Shown in pieces: positions 51,292 to 64,000 of a DNA stretch of 64,000 bases; position 1 is the first letter of the stretch, and every line of letters starts with the position of its first letter. The notes beneath the pieces were generated by a model. The model saw only the letters and a program-made list of their open reading frames with translations, was not told where the DNA came from and made no database searches. The position numbers were made by a program, and so were the translations under genes. Source of the stretch: Phoronis australis (Eukaryota; Animalia; Phoronida); contig NMRA01000029.1 of NCBI GenBank assembly GCA_002633005.1, positions 1,469,796 through 1,533,795 of the forward strand, given 5' to 3'.

Positions 51292-51388
51292 GTCGTTAAG
51301 GCTTTACACGAGAAAAATGTGAAATTCTTCGATATGAATAGAATTCCAGTTTCCGATGAATTTAGAGATAATGGCACTACAGTGCGAT
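51292..51388 (-). CDS. PlexB: Plexin exon ...LNSSETGILFISKNFTFFSC
   Basis: 97 nt, S.ETG..F....F.F..C motif. Confidence 0.92.
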
Positions 51389-51966
51389 CTGAAAATGACA
51401 ATTAACTTAGAAGTTGCTATTTGGTTAGAAGTACCTTTGTCATACATGTATCTGTAGTATGATGTTAGTGCCATTTCGGGATGAGGCGCTAAGATTGGTC
51501 ACAATGATTCCAAGTCATTGAAAGTTATCACCTCAAAAACGGTATCGTCATTGCAACATTTCCATGAAGGAATTAAACATTAAAGTCATTGACTGGAGGA
51601 TAAGTTTATGGAAACTTCCTCGACAGGACACAGTAGACACTTGAAATCTTCTGCTGGTCAACCATCCACCTCGAGAATTGAGTCGGTTATTCCTGTTTGG
51701 ATTTGTAGCTTTTTATTAGCACTCGTGAACAAACGTTTTAAGCCTTAGATATTTTGGAAACAAAAATGTGCTGATTGAGGCATAACTTAGCATTGTCCGG
51801 AAATGCACATTCAAAGCTGGTTTATTTACTTTGTAAACTTGCGTGCGGTCGTTAACAATGCTTTGACAGGACTCAAGGAAGATACATATAGAAGGTGTCC
51901 AAATTTATTAGACATGGCCTGTCTGGTTATTGGCACCGTTTGCACAAAAATCAGTGTTAGACTCAC

Positions 51967-52105
51967 CGCTGCCGTGATCAAACATCTTCGGATCAGGAGT
52001 TTCACAACGAACACCAGATGGCGTCTTGGTCGCCGGTGAGGAGATGTTACCGAACACACATGTGAACGTGTTGTCGTGAGGCAGTTGAGATATGTTCAAA
52101 GATAA
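51967..52105 (-). CDS. PlexB: Plexin exon LSLNISQLP...FTCVFG...VRCETP
   Basis: 139 nt, LP...C.FG...C.TP motif. Confidence 0.92.
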
Positions 52106-53430
52106 CTGTGCAAAGTCAGACAAATTGATATAAATGCCTGCTTAATGTCATATGCACTGGGTGTCCCAAAATGAGATAGTCCGTCACAGTGACAACTGCG
52201 TTGTGTATTGAATTTAAAATCGGAAGGAGATGATAAAAAGACTAGTGTATAAAGCGACAGTAAATCCAGTTTCCATCAAAGGAAATAACTTTTGATATAA
52301 AGGCATTTACCGTTAAGAAATTGTTCTTTGGCCAATCTCAAGGTGACATCAGATATTTGAAAGAGATGGCAGTTCGTTATTATTTGATACCAGTTCCTCA
52401 AGATGGCTTGTCATGGCGTGTGTTTTAATGAGCCAGGTCATTCGGTATGGATTCAAATACTAAAGAACCATCAGTGCTTTCCAAAATCCGAAATCACATC
52501 TAACGTTACTAATGAATAAATTGACACCAACATTCTTCGGAAATTTTTTAATTAAAAGTTCGCTTCTTCTACCTAATCAGGGCTTAGAACTGCTTTGAAC
52601 TAAAAGAAAACTCTCTTTATTGATTTGGAGGGAAATCTCATTTGTCTTCATACTTCCTTTATGTTTTTGCATGTCCAGTAGTATTGCACGATAGGTTTCC
52701 GATCGCCAAAACTGATCTCTCTCATTTCCTCACAAACAGAACTTACGATGGCTCACACCATACCTTCACTGAAAGATGTAACCATACTGTATGTCCAGGA
52801 GCAGATTTTGATTCACGAGAACAGAATTTGAACACCCCGCTTTCTACTGGAGTGCGAGTGCGTTTTTAGTACACCTTTTGTATCGGAACCGAAAAGGTTT
52901 TGATAACAATAAGAACGGAAAGTGTGAAACAATGCTGGTAAGTTCATTGATATGGCGAAAATAGGTTCTCCTACATACCTAGGAATGCTATTGCGATATC
53001 CTATTTCAATTTCATGTCATCCGGTAATGTCCCTACTGAACAACTCCTCTCGTTGGGACTTTCCCAGCTGATACGAATTTTTGATAAGATTTGGCATAAC
53101 TTGTATGTCTAAACTGGTACTTCTTAGCCTGTTGTCTTTCGTTCATTCTTTAAATCTTTCGTCAATTATTTGTCAGTGACATCTGACGTATTGTAACGCT
53201 TAATTCAAGCTTCATTTACAGGGTGTTCTGAAAAGTTGATTTTTTCTCTCGTGTTTCACATATCGTCGCATACATCTCATACCAGATACAATGAGCAGAT
53301 TCACATCAGCGCATGGACTGCCTCGCAAATACGTTAGTACTCAAAGAAAAAGCAGGTTGCCACTGAAGGGACAATCCTGAATGATGGCAGATTTGCGATA
53401 CATCACACTACGTTAAATCACAAGACTCAC

Positions 53431-53569
53431 AATTATTGCTTCAGCATCCGTGGAAAGCTTGTCAGTAGGTTTTATGCTTGTAAACGCAATACACTGTCTG
53501 GGATCCGCAGTGTAATCATACCATTTCTTGGGTACACCAACTGCTTGACACTCAGAAGATAAGGAACAT
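53431..53569 (-). CDS. PlexB: Plexin PSI1 second exon CSLSSEC...W...QC
   Basis: 139 nt, phase 2 to 0, completes PSI1. Confidence 0.9.
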
Positions 53570-54894
53570 CTGAAACATTTCAAGGTACACCGTGGTATTC
53601 ACCATTGATTTTTCATTTCGAATGTCGCCATCGGATCTAATTGAAAGAATAAGATACAACTTAGTGGAATACACCAGAATACAATATGCTTAATCGAACA
53701 AAAAAGCGATAATTTATGATTTTTGAGCCCAGTTAAAAGTTTGAGTAATAATTTTCGTGCTTCGAACTAGGCGAATTTTGACGAAAAGAATCTGTCAACA
53801 GATTGTGTTTTTACACTTCTCATATTGAAAAAAGAACTTGGCAGAAGTTTCTAAATACACATTTCAAATCAATACATTTGGTTTTAAACCACTCAAAATA
53901 CGAAAAGAAAAATGTAGAGACACTAACTTTAAAATGTGCCAATGAAATTTGAAGATAAGCGAATAAAAGTTAACAGACATGAAATTGTCGAAACGAAATT
54001 TCACAATTTTGCAAATCAATTGTCACCCAATTAGTGAGATCAAGCATTTTCATACACGCAGTATCGGCGGAAATTGCATAGAGTGAAAATAACTTTGGTG
54101 ACTCTTGAGGCGAGGAAGAATTCCATGTTTGTCATGGTCTGTGTAAGACTTTTGTATGTTTTAGCCATTTCTATGATGCTTTCAATGTGAACGCGCTTAC
54201 TAGCAAATTTATTATCATTAAGAACCAATTTATGTGGCTTTCTGTCCTTTCGTTTAATAAAGATGAGAAATTAATAGACGTAAGATACGGCAGGAGGATG
54301 TATCATCCACTATGAACCCTTAATCTGCCATGATTCAATCAACCTGTCATTTCTTCAATAACTCGGCATTCTTGTTTGGAAACTTTAGTCCACTTTGTGT
54401 AGTAAACCAGGAACGGAAAACTGTGACTGCATATTTGTAAATATTTCATTGCAACTCCATTGCAAAACGCACGCGGAATACCTATATACGATGGAAATTC
54501 CGGTTTCACTGCTCAGCACGCCACCTGTATGATAGTTTGGAAAAGCCTCAAAGCCATTGTCAATGTGCAGCTCAATCACAAAATCACAACGGATTCATTG
54601 GCGGCCAAGACCATACTCTCCCGGCACACAGGTTGCTACACCAATCACCCTTATATTCCCATGCCGCGTCACCATTTCATCCGGATTAATTCCATCTAAC
54701 TCTTACAGGCAATGACATCTTCTTCACCAGTATAAAAGCTGCAGTTATAGCTAACTTCTTCACCGGCGGTCCTCGGATGCATGGTCAATAGTCCAGCAGT
54801 GAACTGCGTCGTAGGCAAGAATTGTTAGTTCATACATGTAGTTACCGTTCCAGTTACGTTAACAGAATGTGTTCTTACAATTCAATGTTAATTC

Positions 54895-56736
54895 CGTTGT
54901 TTAAACAAGGAAACATGGACGATGAGAACAATTATAGAGGTATTTCGCTTCTGTCGGCTATTGGGAACTCTTTACCAGAATACTGAATAACCGACTGTAT
55001 AACTGGGCCGAACGTAATAGTTAACTTTTTGAAGCCCAAGCAGGGTTCCACAAGGGTTACGCGACTGTGGATCATATATTTTCTTTGAATGCGATATGTC
55101 AGAAACACATAAGCAAAAACGGTGGCAGGTTCTATTCTGCATTTATTGACTTTTCAAAAGCTTTTGATCGAGGTGCACATATTTTACTTTTTCATAGACT
55201 TATGCAAATTAATGTTTATGGTAATATGTTATCAATTCTTCGATCAATTTTTAGCAAGTTGAGATGATGTGTTAAAACACGTGATGGCTTAACAGACTTA
55301 TTTAATTGCACTATTGGTACTCTTCAAGGCTGTATGATAAGCCCTCTACTATTTGTTTTCATGTATATCAATGAGTTTTTAGAAAAACCCAATTCACGTT
55401 GTGTTATAAATAGCATCTACTTAGATGAACATGCTACAAATATTAATTCACTATTATATGCAGATGACATGGTTTTGTTCTCTCTAACAGCGTCAAACTT
55501 GCAACGTATGTTGAATTGTCCCAATGATTATGGTGATTCATGGGGTATGGCTGTGAATTTAAAGAAAACCAAAATAATTGTATTTAGAAATAGAGGTCCC
55601 TTAAGACAATATGACAAATGTTTTTTTAACAAACAGCAAGTTGATGGTGTATCTCATTATAAATATCTTGGTGTTTTTATCACACCTAAATTTTCATGGT
55701 CGAAAACGACTCAAACTCTTTCTTGTCAAGCAAATAAAGCTGCATCACGTGTTTTGAAATTACAGCGCAGATGTCGCGATATGCCCCCATCACTTGCCTT
55801 TCAGTTATTTGATAAACTGGTGTACCCAACATCGTGTCATGGTGCAGAGATTTGGGGTTTTAAACAATACGAGTGTTTAGAAAAATTCATTTAAAATTTT
55901 GAAAATGGACTCTGGGACTTGGCAGTTCTTGCTCTAACGCTGCAGTATTGGGTGAATGAGGCAGATACCCTATGTTTACGAGATACTTTGTTAGCTGTAT
56001 TAAATACTGCTTTAAAATTTTGAATATGCCACAGGAATGTTATCCAAGGGACGCTTACAGCATGTTGTACAGACTAGATGAAATTGGTAGACATATGTAT
56101 TATTGGGCAAGCTCAGTCTGCAATTTATTGTCAATGTATGGTTTCTATGATGTTTGGGTAAACTAAGGAGTCGCGTGTAAAGAGTCGTTTGTATATATTT
56201 TCTCACAACGGGTTAAGGACTGTGCTTTGCAAAGATGGCAGTCCGACCTTGATTCCAATTCTAAGTTAAACTATTACAAAATTTTTCAGGTTGTATTTAA
56301 ATACGAAAATTATTTAGAAATTGAAAATCTTCCAAAAGTGCTCGTGCAAAGTTTTTCGCGTTTTCGATGTGCAAACTACAGACTGGTAGTAGAAAATGGT
56401 CGTCACATAAATGTGATATATCAAGACAGAGTGTGTACATTATGCTCGAAGAATTGTATCGAGGATGAATATCACTTTTTGTTAGTTTGCGACAATTTTT
56501 CCGAAATCAGAGTTAAGTTTATAAATGAGAGCCTCTGGACAAGTCCCTCTTTGATTAAACTTCGTAGACTACTATTTAATCCCGATGTCTCAGTTGTGAA
56601 ATATGTATACTGCGCATCTAAAAACGGAACAGCTTGTGTATTACTGACTAGTGTGCATAGCACTCCAATGATCTTGTTTGCTCGTTTGTTGTACTTTGGG
56701 CAGATGGCCATGTGTACAAATAAAGGAAGGAAGGAA
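54895..56736 (+). mobile_element. 5'-truncated non-LTR retrotransposon (RTE-X-like LINE), degenerate RT plus CCHC finger
   Basis: NYRGISLL, QAGF, FIDFSKAFD, QGCMISP, LLYADD, YKYLG and C-terminal ENGR..R.CTLC...IEDEYHFLLVC; in-frame stops; AATAAA followed by a (GGAA)n tail. Confidence 0.9.
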
Positions 56737-58148
56737 TATGTACTTACACACTCCGTCTTGCCAAGTTCCCCCCGACAACCCCCCCCCCCCTCCACCTTGC
56801 CCACACTCCTTCTTTCCTTCCACCCGTCCCTGGGTCGAGGCATCTGATGTTGACTGCGATCAAAGACTTTGCTGTGGTTGTGGTAGAGAGCGCTGCTCGT
56901 CAACGAACAACCATGTCTACGTGGCGATAAGCATGCCAAATATCACCTTGTTCATACCTTCCTGAACCAGCTTACTCAGTCTTTCTATCGCCCAGTTGGT
57001 GGTAATATGTAACCATCTGGTACCGTACAATACGTTTTAGCCTATTCGGCAATTTGTATACCCATCTGGTACTTGATTGTCTATTACGCAGTTTTGCTCT
57101 AGCCCATTTGATGGGACGGCCAATATCCATATATATCTTTGTATAAACTAGCAACCTACGTTTTGTTTTGTGGTACCCTTCTAATATCTATGGCTTTACC
57201 GCTGTTTTGTGGTACCCTGCACTCCTTTGGTACGTACAGTCACTTCAGCGTTGAGCCGTGACCCAGACATTACCAACACACCTCAAATATACTCCATTAT
57301 GACCACCCTCGTTTTGTGTCATTTGTCCCCAATAATTGACATTTTGTAGTAAAATCACAAATAAACATATATATTGTTTTCTAGCTCTGGCCAAACCTGA
57401 AGAAATGTATTCTATATGAAACAATAGTATCTTTCGGAGGATCTGGATCGCCTTATTTAGTTTCAGATATATTTTCTACGTGAATAATTAAAAAATGTTA
57501 GGTGGTTCTATGGCTTCAAAGGAACTGACGGTTCCTTTTTCGCTTCAGAGGCCAAGCTCCACGACTTGGCTTGCCACATTTGTCACTTTACAAGCCGAGC
57601 GTCGTCTCGAGGAATTTTCTTGTAAATCCAGAAATCACTTCAGTCTCCTCTAAGCTTGGAACAAGTTGAGGCTAGTTTTGTTGTGATAAGTGGTCTTAAT
57701 CATTAGTACGTGCGTGAACGAAAAGCGGCTCATAGCTGCTGCAAATGTTCACTCGTGTTTCTTCCCATGTCGTTTACAAATTAGCTTCATTCAACTGTTT
57801 AAGTAGAGTCTTGATTACTTGTAAACATGATGGTACCTGCTACACAGCGTCGTCGTTAGCTAGCAGTCCATCTTCATCGTGGGTTTCGACCTTGTCCTGG
57901 AACAATCTCTGACTTACTCTCGAAACACTCAGTTTTCACTTGCGCGATTTTCCGTGGTGTTGCGTGATCACGCTTTTCTCGCGTCCAAATCCCATGCACA
58001 AATTTCGTGTCTGTGTGGTGACATTATTCGTTTATGAGCACAGCAGTTCAAGTGTTATCGGCTTAGGATTATAGAATAAACGCAAACTTTTCTGCAAATA
58101 TCTCCAAGAAACTTTGCAGAGAGTCTCGTTTCATGGTGAAAAGCGATC

Positions 58149-58178
58149 GCACGGGATATTGCCGGCAATATCCCGTGC
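58149..58178. repeat. Perfect 30-bp palindrome
   Basis: GCACGGGATATTGCC|GGCAATATCCCGTGC with no spacer. Confidence 0.9.
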
Positions 58179-58901
58179 CAATGGCAACGTTTCAATAAAT
58201 TTTACAATTTAGATGTGTTCCACGAGGTTTTTGCTATTACCTCAGTGTTTATACACTAAATTAGTAGACACGTTACGTATCAATGTATGACAGTCTCTTC
58301 AGAAAATTGGAAGTGTGTCGGACAAAACAACGACAGAACGACCAACCTGTCCCAACTAATAGGTTACTCAGAATGACCCCGCTCTCTGTACGAGTGTAAA
58401 CTGTCCTAAGACGCACGCAAAATTTTCATCCTGAGCCCAATGAGGAGACCTAGGGGGTCTTCCGTAGAGACGAGACGAAAGCGTTAGCGAGTAAAGCTGC
58501 TGTGATCACGGGATTCGCTTACAACGCATATCTCACGACGACCTGGTTCGAGTTCAGAAACACTGGTGGTTCGCTAGAAAAGCAAAATCTAGCAATAACC
58601 CCGAGATATCACCTTGTATTTCCAATGAGAGCACGTGATTTTGGTTGAATTTTTCTCGCCACGAGACAGTTATTTAACTCTACTCTGGTGTGCATGCTGG
58701 ACCAATTCAATTTCCGGATTTTATAACTTGCATGTTCAACTGCGCAATTCATCAATTTTGTCTTTGTATTCACTGAATGCTGCATTTATCCCACAATTGC
58801 AAATTAATTTGTATTAATGTAATTAGGCGTACGCGATTATTTATTAATAAATGAAATACACTAAAATAATGATGTAAAAATGTATTCGTCGAATGACTCA
58901 C

Positions 58902-59002
58902 TTGTTTTCCAAAGTACACCATCCACAATGCGGGTCACGTGCCGCTACGCATTCGGCGCATGACGTGAAGCTCTCGCATTCGTACGTCGGCAATTTGTAA
59001 AG
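58902..59002 (-). CDS. PlexB: Plexin PSI1 exon LYKLPTYECESFTSCAECVAARDPHCGWCTLEN
   Basis: 101 nt, canonical C...SC..C...DP.CGWC. Confidence 0.97.
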
Positions 59003-59129
59003 CTGCAATGAATTGTATCGAGGTGACTTCACACGTTCAAGAGCTCACCTTTTGGGAGAAATAGTCTGTTTAAAAAGTGACATCTGATATAAAGGTTTTA
59101 GTGGCAAAAACAATAAAAGCTCCGATTAC

Positions 59130-59255
59130 CTTCGCCCCAGACATGACGTAAATGTTCTTCTTTGCATCATCAAATACGATGTCTTCCATCACACGTTCAT
59201 CACTCAGTGTTAGATTCTTGAATGTAGTCTTCTCATGAGCACTTTTTACATGGAT
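59130..59255 (-). CDS. PlexB: Plexin Sema C-terminal exon IHVKS...DIVFDDAKKNIYVMSGAK
   Basis: 126 nt, D..F.......YVM pattern at the end of Sema. Confidence 0.9.
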
Positions 59256-60717
59256 CTACAATGGCAGGAATTTGATAATTAGTCATTGCATAGCCAGTCA
59301 TTAAGATTTTTTGTTATTTGCGTCAATAAATCCGCAATAAACTGCGCGAAGTTGAACAGTACTTGAAGTTGTGTCCGTTAGCTCTGTTGTTTTAAGCTTT
59401 GTCATCCAAAACACTTCGAGTCCTACGTGAATGATTTTTTCGCTTTTATTATGGCAAAAGTCTGCAATGCAGGAAACTATGTGACCATCAGGCCAGCCTT
59501 ACTCGCAAGGTCACGTTTTGCTCGGCTTGTAGCGGACTTGGCCTATCGGGAAAGTTTTGTGTGTTGATGCTGACTGGACCAAACCACTGGAAATTTTTAG
59601 AGATTAAGTGAGGGATTCAGTTCGATTAATTTGTCAACACTCGAGACAGTAAACTTTTAAATGTTACTCTTTAAACGAATAAAAAATAAGCATAAATATC
59701 AACATCCTTCTGAAAGATGAGAGGAATGCGTACTCGAGCAAGCTCTTTCCCAGTGTTGCGAGAGTTGTGGCACGGCGATAAAGGGTAGAATAAGTAAGGT
59801 AGTCATTTCTGGAAATGTTCAACTGATCTCGGTCGTACAGCAGTTCACTGCTGGACATCAGTCCCAAATATTTATTTCAGAGCAGTTACTCATCAAATGT
59901 GCTTCGCTTCCCTCTTTAATACCGACACTCAGAGGATTAGGTCTTGTTTCTTCATGGCTGCACACACTTCCCGCGTCGGCGGTCAATACCGGATCCCAGC
60001 AATGAACACCTCGATTTCAGTAAACTTTGACTTGAAGTCTTCACAAAAACACAACTTCATGACGTCAATCGTGCCCAAAGGTAACACTGTAATGCATGTT
60101 TCGGCCAAGCAACAGATTGCGTCTGTTTAATTTTTTTCCATTTTCCTTTTTATGATTGTATTTTTTGTAAATTCTTGTACTTGTATTAACTGTAATAAAT
60201 CAATGACGTAACAAGAAAACAGACAGAAAGTAAAGTATACGGTACTGATATTTTAAAAAGAGATTTTGACAGAAATGATTCGTTGATGGTAACGTAATAT
60301 TTTTATCGTAATGCGGAGTTACATAATATATAATTTGTTAGTTTACACTGTCAGGCCGGAATAAAATATATTTTGGACATACCACGTTGTAACGTTTATA
60401 AAAAAACGAGTGGCTGAAAATAACAGTCTAGCTGATATGTCAATTTTCACATTTTAGGGAAATGAAATTCTGTTACTGGAAAAACCAATGTAGCTTTTAT
60501 AAAACACGCTACTGACAATTTGAGCGATGCTTTCTGTCAATATTCTGTTCAGTGTTGAAACCTCTCGAAACGTCTTCAACAAACTACATTGTAATTCATC
60601 ACACATAAAGGTAGTGCTGGGTAGAACAGTGTTAGTTACGTTATTATTGTTTGCCAATTGAAGATTACATGAAAATCTCATTAAGTGGTAACCAGAATGA
60701 AATGGAGTTAAATTTAC

Positions 60718-60933
60718 CTTCTTGAAGATACCAGCTGTGGTTCCAGCATAAACCACTGTGTGGGTCTCTATTGTCTTGATGGCTACGGAGGTCAGTTTAG
60801 CATCCACTTCTATGATCAGTTGTGGTGACACAGGAAGAAGGCCCACAACGGGTGTGTTTAAAGTGTAGTCAAGATAGTCAAGATTCTTCACAAGTTCCCC
60901 ACAGGAAATGGTGGAGTAGTCTTGATTCTTCTT
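60718..60933 (-). CDS. PlexB: Plexin Sema exon ...LTSVAIKTIETHTVVYAGTTAGIFKK
   Basis: 216 nt, LTSVA.....HTV...GT..G..KK Sema motif. Confidence 0.9.
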
Positions 60934-61236
60934 CTGCAAAGTTATCAATAAATGCCCGTTGGCATTGAAAGCAAACGACATAAAAGCCTAACTTCAACGA
61001 AGTTTGTTATTTTAGATGTATTGGGCTAAACTGATAGTCCTAGCAAAGCCTTACTAAAATAAGAAAACGCAAGTTCAATCACGCAAATATAAGCCCGTCG
61101 AATGATAAGTGAAGCTGCCAGTTCGTCCCATATGTTGCACGGGTGAGAAACAACATGACCGCCGGTCCTCTAAGTCGGACTTATTCACCCAAACCAGGAA
61201 ATTGGAGTGACGCGCCTAAAAACATTACCGCCCCAG

Positions 61237-61286
61237 GACCGCCGGGGACTGAACATGACCGCCGGGGACTGAACGTGACCGCCGGA
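61237..61286 (+). repeat. 20-bp minisatellite (GACCGCCGGGGACTGAACAT) x2.5
   Basis: Units start at 61237, 61257 and 61277; a related motif occurs at ~61153. Confidence 0.75.
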
Positions 61287-61608
61287 CAAACTGTAGTTAC
61301 CAAGGCCTTTGTATGATACTGCGGGTTATGACGTAACCAGTCAGCTAGCTGGGTAAAGATTATCGCCAAAATAAAGCTTGGTAGCACTGCGTTATTGAGC
61401 TCCGTTACATCCCCCAAAGTTCCCACAGCCCGGGTATAGTTCTGCTCGTCACCTCGTCGTGAAACTTATATCAAAATGTAGAGCTAGCGACCGGAGCAGG
61501 CGCATTCAAAATCTAGAAGTCAATCAACACTCACCTTGCAGGTTTCAGCCACTTGAGTGAAAAACAATCTAATGAACGTTTGCCTACTAGTCGGTGGGCC
61601 ATATCTCA

Positions 61609-64000
61609 TAGCGTTCACCCTTGTGAGTACTTTGGGGGGGCAACCTAGTTTTTTCTATGTGGCTAGATAATATAACTAAAAATCAAATTCCAAAAAGTTC
61701 CCACGTCTACACTTGCACATTTTTTTAAAAAAAGGTGTTTTTGTTGCACAAAATATGATGCATATTCCTGCCACTTGATGGCGCTTTTCTAGTGAATTGA
61801 CCAATCAGAGAGCCAGATTGTATTGTTGTGCTTAGTTACTTCAATATGGCTGCTCCCATGGAATGTGATGTCTGTATAATTCAAGGTTTATCAAACAGCA
61901 CAAAATTGTGATGTCAGAGCCTAAAGAAGCTTAGGAAAGCTTCCTGACGAAAGCTGATTGACTGTGGAACTCTGTAGATCAGTAGATCAAAAAGAAGAAG
62001 AGGTGTCACAAACGTTTGTGCAGAAAACAGCTGCATGCCCTGGTAGCCTACACAGTATACTGCTGAGTGCTATAGACTAGAATACCAAGTGTCAGACCAG
62101 AAAATTGAAAGGACATAGAACGGCATAGCAACGTTTCAAGGCACCAACAGTAGTACTAAAGCTGAAGTTGCTGAAAGTGATACAGATGTTATCCAAGATT
62201 TCCCAAGAAAATCAATCACTTCCAAAATCTGAAACACCCAATTAACCTGAACAAGATAGGAACATTCTGAAACATGAGTGCATCATTTGTTAGCAGGAAA
62301 AGTACATTATGGGCCACATTTCAAGAAAGAGAAAGAAGTATAGCTTTCAAAAACAGGTACGTGTTTTTTAAAAATACATTTTGGTGTTTTCCACGTGTGA
62401 TTCAGTATTATCACCAGTTGTTTTTTAACTTGTTCAGCCCCTTGACTGCCTAGGCCTTAGACAATACTGCTGACCCAGTAGAGACGATGATCATACTATA
62501 GGTACTTCATATGCCGGATACTTTTCGGCAAATTATGTTCCTATAAGTTTAGAAGTACCGCGTAGAGAGATGCCTCTGAGGAGGTCGTTAATGTTTTCAT
62601 TTGTTCCCAGTTTAAACAAATACTCCTGCAATCCTGTTTTTCGAACACTCCATTCAGTTGCCACATCGACACTGCTTGCGCTAAGGGATAATCCTATGGC
62701 GTTATACTGTGGGTGTGATTTTAAAGCACTTTAAGTCTAAAATTTTTGAGAAGGTTAAATGGAGTAGATAGTTGCAAACAACATGCCCAAGTGGCCGTCA
62801 TCCCCTGCCGTAGTCTCAATTTTTTGTAAACATTAATTACTTAGGTAGCAGCTGCAATGATAATTAAATTAAAGTGCCTAAGTGGCCATCGTCGCCGTCG
62901 AAATTTGAGGACGATGGAAGCCACTGTCCATTTCGTCAAACGTCGATTACCTTAAGTGTAAATCGATTGACTATGGTTTGAGCATCTGATTTAAAAAAAT
63001 TAAATTTCAATCACTGCACAGGTATATCAGCTGATTTATTTTCAGCTGCATCTACTGATCTAATTATTAGACGATCAACATTATTAGGCTACAGGTCAAA
63101 CGGCATGTAAATTTGTTAGGCTGGTGGTGGATCAGCTCCTGATACGTCCGTCTGAAAAAGTTGCATGCCAACTCACTCATAGTTGAATGTTAAATTAGTG
63201 TTAACAGTTCGGGTTTTTTTCAGTTGGACTTGTATCGCAAGCAACAGCTCAGTCCAGAGCCCTGAATATGCAAATGAAATTCAAAGATAAAGACCTTGTG
63301 TCTTAGAAGCCAAGTACCACAGATCATCATGCTGTAAAAAAGAGAAAGACAAAGATTGTGGAGAGTGACGAATCCCCAGTTTTCAGAGATGTTTTTCTAC
63401 AGTTTTGTTTGGAGTTCATTGAATCAAAGCTTCTAGCACATGGAGATGTCATTTGCCTTTCAAAAATAAAGCAAGACTTTGAAGCTGTTCTTCAGAAAGC
63501 TGGTGTGCATGAAGTTATTTGGACAGGCAATCTTAAGAAATATTGTTGAAGCTACTCACTGTTGTAGTTTGTGCCTGACTAAGAGATACGAAAGTGAATT
63601 GAGGCTAGTGTTCAATAATTCACTTGCTGACTCTAATTAACACAGCCCATTGTAACATATTTTGAATCAAACGTTTGCCCAAATAGTGCCCGCCTCCAAA
63701 CAAGGACTTAGTGTTTGACCCTTCATTGCCTGCGGGCTAATCACCAGTGTGCAGTGCTGTACCCTCTCTAATCGACCATAGTTGGCTCCTTGGCGGTGGA
63801 GCTTTGCAGTTAATATGTATGGCAATGACCGCATCTCCATTGACAGTACTAAACGATGAATGCTGCAAGTGCAAAAAGAACATGTGTGCTGGGAAACTGA
63901 GTTTGTGCTGCAATGCTGGGTCAAACTGTACAGAAATGTGCAGCTGTGACAACTGTAGTAACATCAGCAACACTGACTGCATAACATTGGATAGTTCTTT
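61609..64000 (+). mobile_element. Degenerate AcademX-like DNA transposon, internally deleted
   Basis: DLV.LEAKYHRS motif at ~63290; C-terminal PPNKD...LHCLRANHQ...W...CCKCKKNMC...CTEMCSCDNCSN Cys8-type finger at ~63690-63963. The left end is inferred only from a TAG start. Confidence 0.6.

Larger units (their letters stand above)
18743..60933 (-). other. PlexB: Plexin gene (plexin-B-like), 5'-partial; 28 coding exons per haplotype
   Basis: Spliced product has Sema C-terminus, PSI x3, IPT repeats, TM, GAP1 (LLLRRTESVVEKMLTHWLSICMY), RBD and GAP2 ([21 protein letters not shown]). EWRHGRSGHLTL and WLSICMY resemble plexin-B more than plexin-A. Exon sum 4383 nt is divisible by 3. Confidence 0.9.

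Noticed and set aside
54700-54830. TATAAAAG-containing segment upstream of the LINE (solo LTR or promoter?)
   Set aside because: No boundaries, TSD or second copy visible.

Overview
AT-rich, repeat-dense eukaryotic (invertebrate animal) genomic DNA from a draft assembly, with N gaps at 10736-11734 and 33031-33427 and single Ns at 28117, 38190 and 43355. The main content is a minus-strand plexin gene, most like invertebrate plexin-B. I traced 28 GT-AG exons by hand from 60933 to the stop at 18743. They total 4383 nt (1460 aa plus stop) with consistent phases and cover the end of the Sema domain, 3 PSI domains, IPT/TIG domains, the TM helix, GAP1, RBD and GAP2. The 5' Sema exons are outside the window. 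Three exons (TM, juxtamembrane, GAP1) appear twice. The junctions suggest that 33428-38189 is a second haplotype placed inside an ISL2EU-like transposon present in only one haplotype, rather than a true duplication. The two TM exons differ at 12 of 77 aa, including the small-xxx-small motif positions, while the neighbouring exons are about 97% identical. Introns and flanks hold many TE relics: Penelope, Merlin-like MITE, HERO, RTE-X-like LINE, Kolobok/THAP, Tc1/mariner MITE and AcademX-like. There is also a Helentron-type element with seven co-oriented CTCF-like motifs about 150 bp apart, and an ISL2EU-like element with a SAP motif and a possible passenger gene. All calls are by eye; no searches were run.
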